The notes under the pieces: generated by a model
Told to the model about the DNA's origin: nothing
The model's database searches: none
What the model saw: the letters and a program-made list of their open reading frames with translations, nothing else
In this document: positions 6,640-14,012 of the stretch, in pieces
Position numbering within the stretch: position 1 is the first letter of the stretch
Layout: the number at the start of each line of letters is the position of its first letter
Assembly: GCA_032123335.1 (NCBI GenBank)
Contig: JAQBFN010000048.1
Span: forward strand, 1 to 14,519
Reading direction: 5' to 3'
Source of the DNA: Candidatus Micrarchaeota archaeon
Lineage (GTDB): Archaea; Micrarchaeota; Micrarchaeia; Anstonellales; Bilamarchaeaceae
DNA: 14,519 bases
Position numbers and translations under genes: made by a program

Positions 6640-6753
6640 ATGGCATGCAAAACCACGAAGTCAACCAAAAAGACAACAACCAAGAAAAAAACAGTAAAAA
6701 AAGTAACAAAGAAGAAGGCCACTAAGAAGAAAGCAACAAAAAAGAAAAAATGA
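6640..6753 (+). CDS. 37-aa lysine-rich mini-protein (H1/protamine-like), absent from the ORF track
   Basis: AGGTGA RBS 5 nt before ATG 6640. Translates to MACKTTKSTKKTTTKKKTVKKVTKKKATKKKATKKKK* (19 Lys of 37), with the same xxKKK periodicity as the upstream gene. Confidence 0.85.
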   Translation: MACKTTKSTKKTTTKKKTVKKVTKKKATKKKATKKKK

Positions 6754-6773
6754 AGCCTTCTTTTTCTTTTTTT
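6738..6773. terminator. Bidirectional terminator between the mini-protein gene and pdaD
   Basis: AAAAAAGAAAAAA-TGAAGCCTTC-TTTTTCTTTTTTT: an inverted repeat giving an oligo-T tract after the stop codon on each strand. Confidence 0.55.
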
Positions 6774-7329
6774 ACGGAAGCAAAACCGCAGTTGCTACTG
6801 CTGTCGTCCACTTGCCTTTCTTGTTAACTTCAGCAGTAGCGGTTGCATTGGTAGTCTTGACGATTTTTCCACTCATTTTGAAGTATTCTTCCTTGGCGTT
6901 CCAGGCCGCATCCGAGTCGAATTCAATTCCCAGCGTTGATGCAAGCATGCTCGCTGCCAGGTCTTCAGCGTAATCCCCTGCTTCCTGTTTTCCCTGCCCA
7001 TAAGAGTGGTGTTCACTGACGTAACCATGCCAACTCCTGTCTTTTGGAAGCGCGAGCCCAACAGATGCCGCAATCATCCTGCTTGGCTCACATGAGGTTA
7101 TCCGTGACATTATGCAGAAGACAATCTGCCCAGCGTTTAACTCCTTTATTCCCTCATCTTTTTTGATTAGCTTTGCACCAGGGGGAAAGATGCTTGAAAC
7201 ATACACAAGATTGCAATAGGCAATCCCTGCGTCCCTCAGGGCGTATTCAAATGACCCAAGCTCAGTATTGGATCTTCCGACTCCTTTTGTAAGGAATACT
7301 CTTTTTGGAACAAGGGTTGTGGCGTTCAT
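6772..7329 (-). CDS. pdaD: Pyruvoyl-dependent arginine decarboxylase
   Basis: VPKRVFLTKGVG, SFEYALRDAGIAYCNLVYVSSIFPP (Ser-Ser autocleavage site), GYVSEHH, YAEDLAASML and WTTAVATAV. Confidence 0.95.
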   Translation of the reverse strand: MNATTLVPKRVFLTKGVGRSNTELGSFEYALRDAGIAYCNLVYVSSIFPPGAKLIKKDEGIKELNAGQIVFCIMSRITSCEPSRMIAASVGLALPKDRSWHGYVSEHHSYGQGKQEAGDYAEDLAASMLASTLGIEFDSDAAWNAKEEYFKMSGKIVKTTNATATAEVNKKGKWTTAVATAVLLP

Positions 7330-7381
7330 GGCTATTTTTTAGGGGCATTCATTTAAGAAACTGCCTTTATAGATTTTCCCT

Positions 7382-8533
7382 ATGGCATTGACGGTGGGAG
7401 TAGTGGGAAAGCCTAATGCCGGGAAAAGCACGTTTTTCTCCGCACTTACAATGGCAGAAGCCAAGATAGCAGCATTTCCATTTACTACGTTAGAACCGAA
7501 TATAGGTGTGGGGTATGTGCGCAAGAAATGCCCCCACCCTGAAAAAGCCCCTGAATGCAGGCCAAAAGACTCCTTTTGCAGGGATGGGACCCGCTTTGTC
7601 CCGGTAAAACTGATTGATGTGGCGGGCCTGGTTCCGGATGCCCACAAAGGGAGGGGCCTCGGATTCCAGTTCCTGGATGACCTCAGCGCTGCAGATGCCC
7701 TTATACATATAGTGGATGCCAGCGGAAAAACAGATCTGGAAGGAAAGCCTGCAACCAACCATGACCCCGCATCAGAAATTGATTTTCTTAGGGAAGAGCT
7801 TTTTCACTGGATGGCCAGCATTATTGAAAAGAATTGGAAAAAGATCCGCACCCGTGACATCAGCGTCCTTTCTGATATGCTTACCGGGCTCAAGATAACT
7901 CCTGCCCAAACGGAAGAGTGCGCACGCCGCCTTTCCCTGGAAACAAAACGGATAGACTGGAGTGAAGAAGAGCGCCTTGCATTCTCCAAGGAACTTCTCA
8001 AGACCAAGCCCATCCTGGTAGTTGCAAACAAATGCGATGATGCCAAGAACATAACCGGCATAAAAGAAAAGTTTCCAGACCTGAACATCGTTTCCTGCTC
8101 TTCCATCTACGAACTTATTCTCAAAAAGGCAGACCATATGGGTGCAATTTCCTATCTGCCCGGCAGCGCTTCATTCAAAGTAAAGAACGCATCCGAGAAG
8201 CAAAAAGAAGCCCTTGACAAGATTTCCACATACCTTGAGAAGAATGGAAGCACCGGAGTCCAGCAGGCCCTGGAATTCCTTGTATATGACATGATGCACC
8301 AGATAGTTGCATTTCCTGTTGAGGATGAAGCCAAGTGGAGCGACCGCAAAGGCAATGTGCTCCCCAACTCCTTTCTTCTCCCGAGCGGAAGCACCCCCAT
8401 TGACCTCGCAGAAAAAGTCCACACAGACCTTGCCAAGAATTTTATTTCGGCCCTGGACGCAAGAAAAAAGATTCGTTTAAGTAAGGAATATGAATTAAAA
8501 GATTGTGATATCATAAAGATACTCTCAAAGTAG
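7382..8533 (+). CDS. ychF: Obg-family YchF-related (archaeal Ygr210-type) GTPase with C-terminal TGS domain
   Basis: G1 GKPNAGKST, G2 FPFTTLEPN, G3 DVAGLV, GRGLG, G4 NKCD and TGS GSTPIDLAEKVHTDL. Confidence 0.9.
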   Translation: MALTVGVVGKPNAGKSTFFSALTMAEAKIAAFPFTTLEPNIGVGYVRKKCPHPEKAPECRPKDSFCRDGTRFVPVKLIDVAGLVPDAHKGRGLGFQFLDDLSAADALIHIVDASGKTDLEGKPATNHDPASEIDFLREELFHWMASIIEKNWKKIRTRDISVLSDMLTGLKITPAQTEECARRLSLETKRIDWSEEERLAFSKELLKTKPILVVANKCDDAKNITGIKEKFPDLNIVSCSSIYELILKKADHMGAISYLPGSASFKVKNASEKQKEALDKISTYLEKNGSTGVQQALEFLVYDMMHQIVAFPVEDEAKWSDRKGNVLPNSFLLPSGSTPIDLAEKVHTDLAKNFISALDARKKIRLSKEYELKDCDIIKILSK

Positions 8534-8542
8534 GTGTTTTCT

Positions 8543-10006
8543 ATGGATAAAAATGTGCTTTATCCGATAATATCGATACTGATTGTTGTACTCGTAGCTG
8601 GAGCGGTTTATTATGTCGCTGATATGTTTGGCGGCACCGAAGTCCATCATGAGGGTGAGGAAGGCCATGAAGGCGAAGGTGAAGGCCACGAAGAGGGCCA
8701 CGAAGGGGGAGAAAGCACCGAAGAAGCAGAGCAGCTTTTCTTCGAAGCTATCCGAAAACCCCTGGACTATGATTCATACATATTTGAGTATGAAGAAAAG
8801 GCATCCAACGGATATATGGACAGCGTATACATCACCGCTTCCCCCGAATACTCATATGTCAGGAAGGAGGACGCGATATTCACTAGGGAGCTTTTCCTTG
8901 CTGAAAACACAACAATCCTTTGCCTGAAGACAGTTAACAAGGAACTCTGCTCCAATGTAACCCAGAACTCCACATTCAATCCATACGTGTATACAATGAG
9001 CTATCTTCTCTATGACCATGGGAGGATTGAAAAGACAGATGAAAACAACGAGTTCCTTGTCAAGTACGGGGCAATCGTTTTTGATCCGGAAATCCACGAC
9101 GAAACCCATGAAGGAATAGCCTGCAAGGAGATAGCATATACTCTTGACTACTCCAAGCTCACTGTTGAGCAGATGAGGGTAATTGGAATGGATCCCAAAT
9201 CCCCCGAAGTTCTCCTCTCCAAGGAGTACAACTTCACACTTTGCATAGACCCTGAAACAAAGGAAGTAGTGCACAAGTCCCTCACCTACCTGAACTTTGG
9301 TGAGCCGGAATACACTGAATCAATCACTCTGCAATCTGTTTGGGGAGAAGCTGCAGAAGTGCAGTTCCCAGAAGACCTGGGAGAGGAATTCTCAATGCAG
9401 GAGTTCTATTTTGCACTCAAGAAAAGCCAGGAGAACTATGCAAAATGCCTCATAGATGAAAATTTCAACAACTGCATTCGATCAGAAGCAATTCTTTCCA
9501 GAAACGAGCGCCTATGCGAGCTGGTCATGGATACTGAAGCGAGAGATAGCTGCTACATCAATGTTGCCCTGGAAAAAGGCAGCCCTGACCTTTGCTCATA
9601 CCTGTCTGAAGAACTCCAGGCTGACTGCTACATAGAGTTTGCATGGAAATACAAGGACACCTCTTACTGTTCCCCGATACAGGACCCAGCAAAGCAGCAG
9701 GAATGCATATCTGTAATTACTGAACCTGAAGAGGAACCAGCGATTGAGGAAGATATGGAAGAAGCTGAAGAGGAAACTGAACTGGAGCCTGAAGGAACAG
9801 ACTGCTCAGTTGATTCCGACTGCGTAATCGCAGGCTGCTCTTCCCACCTTTGTGTTCCCACATCACTTTCCGATGTGGTAACCACATGCGAGTACCTGGA
9901 GGAGTATGACTGCCTCCCCTTGAGCACATGTGGCTGTGTCAACGGCCAGTGCGCCTGGGACGAGAACCAAGAATACTTAAATTGTTTGGACGAAGAATCA
10001 AGCTAA
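8543..10006 (+). CDS. Membrane-anchored acidic Cys-rich surface protein with C-terminal cysteine-cluster domain
   Basis: AGGTG RBS before ATG 8543 (the track uses GTG 8534). It has an N-terminal TM/signal helix, a His/Glu/Gly linker, about 25-aa Cys-paired repeats, an acidic linker and a C-terminal CxxxxDCxxxGCSxxxC...TTC...C...CGC.NGQCAW domain resembling the archaeal eight-cysteine-cluster domain. Confidence 0.85.
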   Translation: MDKNVLYPIISILIVVLVAGAVYYVADMFGGTEVHHEGEEGHEGEGEGHEEGHEGGESTEEAEQLFFEAIRKPLDYDSYIFEYEEKASNGYMDSVYITASPEYSYVRKEDAIFTRELFLAENTTILCLKTVNKELCSNVTQNSTFNPYVYTMSYLLYDHGRIEKTDENNEFLVKYGAIVFDPEIHDETHEGIACKEIAYTLDYSKLTVEQMRVIGMDPKSPEVLLSKEYNFTLCIDPETKEVVHKSLTYLNFGEPEYTESITLQSVWGEAAEVQFPEDLGEEFSMQEFYFALKKSQENYAKCLIDENFNNCIRSEAILSRNERLCELVMDTEARDSCYINVALEKGSPDLCSYLSEELQADCYIEFAWKYKDTSYCSPIQDPAKQQECISVITEPEEEPAIEEDMEEAEEETELEPEGTDCSVDSDCVIAGCSSHLCVPTSLSDVVTTCEYLEEYDCLPLSTCGCVNGQCAWDENQEYLNCLDEESS

Positions 10007-10018
10007 GAAGGTGATTTT

Positions 10019-10405
10019 TTGATAGTTGGAAATAGAGTAACCAAAATAGAAGCGGCAAGAGAGAAGCAGGAACCAAGGAAAGGCCTTAATTTCAAGATTA
10101 ATGTCAAGGATGCAAAGGTCACTGCAAAGAGGGTGGACGTTACGTACGAGTATACTGCGGATTACACCGAAGGCGTAGGCTACATCAAGATGGAAGGTGT
10201 GATTACTGCCGAAGAGGACAAGAAGCTCCTTGATGAAATTAAGAAGGAGTGGGCAGACAAGCAGAGGCTCCCACAGAGCTATGCAGAGATAATCCTCAAC
10301 GCAATCAACTACTTCGGAGGGGTAAATGGAGTACTCGCAGCAAGAGTTGTGAACCTTTCTCCACCTATTGTGCCCCCCAGGTTCAGCTTAACTAAGAAAG
10401 AATAG
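10019..10405 (+). CDS. Conserved archaeal hypothetical protein, possibly SecB-like fold
   Basis: AGGTGA RBS 4 nt before TTG 10019. The pattern is four beta-strand-like segments, then helices, then a terminal NLSPPIVPP, reminiscent of SecB-like proteins (inference). Confidence 0.75.
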   Translation: MIVGNRVTKIEAAREKQEPRKGLNFKINVKDAKVTAKRVDVTYEYTADYTEGVGYIKMEGVITAEEDKKLLDEIKKEWADKQRLPQSYAEIILNAINYFGGVNGVLAARVVNLSPPIVPPRFSLTKKE

Positions 10406-11468
10406 CCGCATCCTTTAGGATGAGGTAAATGCCGTAACTCTTCGGCACTTCTTTTTCTTCTTCTTTTCCTATTTTCTCCATTGTAGAATTTGCAAATTCC
10501 TGTTCAGGCAGGTCCTGCTTTGCCCTAATCTTCATTGGCTCTTCCCCAAACGCAAGCGCATCCCTGTACGGTTCAAATCCCTCAATTCTATCCAGCTTCT
10601 TCGCTATGAGCCCGGTAGATCCATGCAGCGTCTCCGGAACCCTAATCAACCGTTTCGTATCTATGGTCACACCTGTATCCACATCCACGCTTTCCAGCTT
10701 CATTTCCTTTGCTGCCCCATCCAGCCTTTCCACAATATCCTTAATCGGGGTCTTGCTCCAGTTCCCATCCTCCATGCACCCAAGCAGCTTCTCCTTCTCT
10801 TCGGGTTTCTTCAGCCCCCTGTGTATGCTTGAAGGGTTCTCCTCCAGTGCTTTCTCAACCATCCTGCAGAACCTCCCCCTGTACCCCCAGTCACTATTCT
10901 TTGGCCCCTCCATCCGGTACTTATCCATCTTCTCAAAGAACTTCCTGTAATCCAATCCCGCGCCCGCAATATAATCCGCAATCTCTCTCCTCTCATCTCC
11001 CCCCATGTATCTGAAGCGAGGTGTTTTTACATGAATATGGAATCCCCTTCCCCCTGAAAACACAAGCGTCACATCCTTCCTGCTCACCCCAAAGTCCTTC
11101 TCCAGGAAATCCTCCACCAGCATTATCGCATCCCTTTTCACATGCGCTATTTCTTCAGCAGTAAGGAACATCCCCGCATGCACATCCAAATCGAAGATAA
11201 GATCCCCACCCATCCACTCTTTTCTTTCCATCGGGGTGGATTCCGGGAACTTGTAATATGCAATTGAATGCGAGATGTACAAGGGTGTTTCCTGCACAAG
11301 GTAATTCTTCAGCGCCCCATCCGTTTTGAATCCCATATGCCTGGACTCAATCTTCTTCCTGAATCCCCCAACCCCGAATTCCCTCTGCTCAACCGCTGGA
11401 ACCTCAATTTCTGCCTTCGTGTAATACTCCGCGAAGTTTTTGAGTATCATTGCTTTTTCTTTTTCCAT
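10392..11468 (-). CDS. priS: DNA primase catalytic (small) subunit
   Basis: REFG, DLIFDLD, FSGGRGFHIHV and DTGVTIDTKRLIRVPETLHGSTGL. GAGGTGG RBS precedes ATG 11468 (the track starts at 11540). Confidence 0.95.
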   Translation of the reverse strand: MEKEKAMILKNFAEYYTKAEIEVPAVEQREFGVGGFRKKIESRHMGFKTDGALKNYLVQETPLYISHSIAYYKFPESTPMERKEWMGGDLIFDLDVHAGMFLTAEEIAHVKRDAIMLVEDFLEKDFGVSRKDVTLVFSGGRGFHIHVKTPRFRYMGGDERREIADYIAGAGLDYRKFFEKMDKYRMEGPKNSDWGYRGRFCRMVEKALEENPSSIHRGLKKPEEKEKLLGCMEDGNWSKTPIKDIVERLDGAAKEMKLESVDVDTGVTIDTKRLIRVPETLHGSTGLIAKKLDRIEGFEPYRDALAFGEEPMKIRAKQDLPEQEFANSTMEKIGKEEEKEVPKSYGIYLILKDAAILS

Positions 11469-12373
11469 GTCTTCCACCTCAGCGGATTCCCAATCTTGCA
11501 GTTCGCAACGCACAGCCCATAGCTCAGCAGCATCCCGCAAGAAGGCACAGTGTACCCACGGTTTATCGCATGCTTTATCTGGTAGCTCGCAACCCTTTCA
11601 TCATAGTCCGGGAAATTCGAGAATACCTGCAGCACTTTCTCATACGGAACCCCTTTGTTTATCAGGTAAACCGCAAGCGTCCACCTCCCCTGGTGCCCCA
11701 GGTTCTCATGCTTCTTTGCAGTTTCCAGCAATTTTTCTATGCACGGAGGATTCTCCCCCTCCTTAAAGCTCATTTTTGAAGGCGCGGTTTTCGGAACCAG
11801 CTTCATCAGCTGATTCGAGTATTTTTTCACAATCTCCGGAGCATTCGGAAAAAGCCCAATGTCCTCCACCCTCATCTTTACCGCTTCCTCCATCAGCCTG
11901 AGCACTTCCCTTTTACTCACCTCCACATGCCCCGCCTTAACATTCCTGTTAATCAGCCTATAATCCACAGAACGGGGCGAAAACTTCACATACACTTCCA
12001 GCGGAACCACAACCTTCCCCTCAAATTCCCCAGGAACCACCCCCAGCTCATTCTGCAACCTCTCAATATTCTCCCTGCTCTCCCTGGCCATAAGCGAAGA
12101 AGCCTTCTTTGCCTCCGAAATCGCAAACTTGTTCGAAAGGTACCTGTTCCTGAGGTGCGCAAGCATCATCCTTGCTGCTCCGTAGGAGCCAATCTCAATA
12201 AGCTGGTCCGAGATGTGCACCGGGTTCGCAGTTCTCTGCACTCTATTTAGCGCATCAACTACCCGTTTTACTCCACGCTCCGCTATCTCGTCACTGATTT
12301 GAATGTCGTTTTCCTTTATTGCCCGCTTACCCTCTTCCGTAAAAGGATACCTGCAGGCAAAATTAAGCTCCAT
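11447..12373 (-). CDS. priL: DNA primase large subunit with Fe-S domain
   Basis: RYPF near the N-terminus, LINRNVKAGHV, then the C-terminal Fe-S region PPCI...LGHQGR...PDYDE...YQIKH...YTVPSC...GLCVANC...NPL. Overlaps the priS start by 22 nt. Confidence 0.93.
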   Translation of the reverse strand: MELNFACRYPFTEEGKRAIKENDIQISDEIAERGVKRVVDALNRVQRTANPVHISDQLIEIGSYGAARMMLAHLRNRYLSNKFAISEAKKASSLMARESRENIERLQNELGVVPGEFEGKVVVPLEVYVKFSPRSVDYRLINRNVKAGHVEVSKREVLRLMEEAVKMRVEDIGLFPNAPEIVKKYSNQLMKLVPKTAPSKMSFKEGENPPCIEKLLETAKKHENLGHQGRWTLAVYLINKGVPYEKVLQVFSNFPDYDERVASYQIKHAINRGYTVPSCGMLLSYGLCVANCKIGNPLRWKTWKKKKQ

Positions 12374-12431
12374 ATGAATATTTGCGCTTGCCCCATTTTA
12401 AATATTAAGGAGGGGACCTTTCCAGTGGGTG

Positions 12432-12447
12432 TGTAACCATGGTTACA
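12432..12447. promoter_or_regulatory. Perfect 16-bp palindrome TGTAACCATGGTTACA, candidate protein-binding site
   Basis: Exact dyad in the intergenic region about 60 nt upstream of priL and about 30 nt upstream of its TTTAAAAT TATA (12402-12395, minus strand). Confidence 0.55.
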
Positions 12448-12951
12448 TCATAGGTCCACAATGCTCCCGCCATCTTTCACTTTGCTGACGGCCAAATAAG
12501 CCAGGTCAAACGCCATAAGGATTACAAAGTAGCTCCAAACCCCGCTGATCACCCCCACCGCAAGCGTAGTCCCCTTCAGCCACAGCCTATATTCTCTCAT
12601 CGGCTTCAGCACCCCCGCAAGCTCCACTTCATCCAGTGCCGCAACCACAAAGAACGGCAGCAGCAATTCAGTATTTGCCCATCCCATCCCCATAAAGAAC
12701 GGAACCGCCGCAGCCAGCACAACCGCCAGCCCATGCACTGGCCTGTCTATTTTCCCCATCAAAACCTGTGCACCGATAATCCCCACAAACAAAATAGCAG
12801 CAGGGGAAAAAGCAAGAATATACCCCATGCAAAGCCCCGCCAGTATCCCCAGCGGCCACTTCAGGATTCCCTTCCCCTTCTTTTTGTCCTCAAGATAATC
12901 CACATGCTTTATTGCTCCCCCCGCAATAATCGCAGCCAGTATATCAAGCAT
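12448..12951 (-). CDS. Hypothetical archaeal membrane protein
   Basis: 167 aa, mostly hydrophobic, with intramembrane-proximal acidic motifs (VDYLED, GKID, ALDE, AFD). GTGAGGG precedes the ATG. Confidence 0.8.
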   Translation of the reverse strand: MLDILAAIIAGGAIKHVDYLEDKKKGKGILKWPLGILAGLCMGYILAFSPAAILFVGIIGAQVLMGKIDRPVHGLAVVLAAAVPFFMGMGWANTELLLPFFVVAALDEVELAGVLKPMREYRLWLKGTTLAVGVISGVWSYFVILMAFDLAYLAVSKVKDGGSIVDL

Positions 12952-12998
12952 ACCCTCACTTCAACGAATAGTAAATTAAAGGCAACGTTCCGAACCGC

Positions 12999-13043
12999 GG
13001 AGGGGGATACCCCCTCCCCAGTTTGAGGGTCCTCCTGACCCTC
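12999..13043. repeat. Two adjacent GC-rich hairpins in the dys-membrane gene spacer
   Basis: GGAGGGGG-ATA-CCCCCTCC (12999-13017) and GAGGGTC-CTCCT-GACCCTC (13025-13043), both perfect stems. Confidence 0.7.
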
Positions 13044-13050
13044 CCCCATT

Positions 13051-13959
13051 TTACACAAGAGAATAATAAATCAAGGGAAGTGTAACTGTCGCATCCCCAT
13101 GCACGGTTACGTGCCTGCCTTCCTCCTTTATCTTCCCCCAGCTCACCGCCTCTCTAGCCGGAGCCCCACTCAAGCTCCCATCCCACGGTTCCGCCGTAGT
13201 CAAATACAATGCATAATCCAATCCCCCCCTCCTCAGGTTCACCCCAATCGTATGATGCTTCGAAATCCCCCCGCCCACAATAATCCCTGCAGTCTTCTCT
13301 GCATTAAGCGCCAGATCTGCCAACTGCTTCATATCCCCGGTAACATCAATCCCAAACTCCGCATTCTCCTTTTTCTGTTTCCAAAAGTAAGTTTGAAGCC
13401 CAATGGCAGAATCTGTAATCCCCGGAGAAAACACCGGCACCTCTTTCTCATAAGCCTGCTTCAGGAAGCTCCCCTCATCCGTAATCTGCTTCCCCATCTC
13501 TTTTGCAATCTCGCTCGGGCTCACAATATTTTTCTCTTTAGAAACTTCAGCAAAAACCCCCTGCATCTTCTCCTCCAAAAGCTCATACCTCGCACTCGGC
13601 ACAAGTATATTCCCAATCCGGTTCACCCCATCCTTATGCAGCTTCACATCATCCTCCCCAAAACTCCCCAGCAAATACGGCTCATGCGCCTTAATCAAAT
13701 CATGGTCCAGCGCTCCCCCCGTAGTAACAATAACATCCGCATACCCCTCCTTCACCATATCCGCAAGCACTCCCCTCAGCCCCGAAGCCACCACATTCGC
13801 AGTAAACGCCAGGAAAATAGTCGCCCCCTCTTTCTTCATCTTTTTCATGAGCTCCACAGCCTGCCCCAGGTGCGTCCCCTGGAACCCGCTCTCCCCATAC
13901 GCTTCCACCAGCTCTTTCACTGAAGGCGCTTTCTCAAAATGAATATCCTTAACGTCCAT
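13051..13959 (-). CDS. dys: Deoxyhypusine synthase
   Basis: GFQG, TANVVASGLRG, TTGGALDHD, NRIGN, PGITDSAIG, GGGISKHH and DGSLSGAPAREAVSWGK (catalytic Lys retained), then GDAT. ATG 13959 is preferred because it lies about 26 nt from a TATA element (the track starts at 13986). Confidence 0.96.
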   Translation of the reverse strand: MDVKDIHFEKAPSVKELVEAYGESGFQGTHLGQAVELMKKMKKEGATIFLAFTANVVASGLRGVLADMVKEGYADVIVTTGGALDHDLIKAHEPYLLGSFGEDDVKLHKDGVNRIGNILVPSARYELLEEKMQGVFAEVSKEKNIVSPSEIAKEMGKQITDEGSFLKQAYEKEVPVFSPGITDSAIGLQTYFWKQKKENAEFGIDVTGDMKQLADLALNAEKTAGIIVGGGISKHHTIGVNLRRGGLDYALYLTTAEPWDGSLSGAPAREAVSWGKIKEEGRHVTVHGDATVTLPLIYYSLV

Positions 13960-14012
13960 AAACTCTTTTTTTGCCCCCAAACACATTTAAGCTAATTCGA
14001 AAATATTCTCAT

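Noticed and set aside
6554..6642. Programmed frameshift at A_AAA_AAG fusing the two Lys-rich ORFs
   Set aside because: The -1 frame stops at TGA 6632-6634. The second ORF is in the +1 frame, which is closed by TAG at 6580-6582. The hairpin is 14 nt from the heptamer, and such heptamers are expected in poly-Lys codons.
6390..6750. CRISPR-like or satellite repeat array
   Set aside because: The repeats are degenerate, codon-phased and have no spacers. No cas genes are present.
11469..11540. N-terminal extension of PriS given by the ORF track
   Set aside because: It overlaps the conserved Fe-S Cys region of priL, and ATG 11468 has a strong GAGGTGG RBS.
12980..13050. tRNA or tRNA half suggested by GTTC/GGTTCG and GC-rich stems
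   Set aside because: No cloverleaf, acceptor stem or proper T-arm can be built on either strand.
13099..13923. 274-aa plus-strand ORF
   Set aside because: Entirely antisense to deoxyhypusine synthase. Its Pro/His/Leu-rich composition is what the local C-rich skew would produce as a shadow frame.
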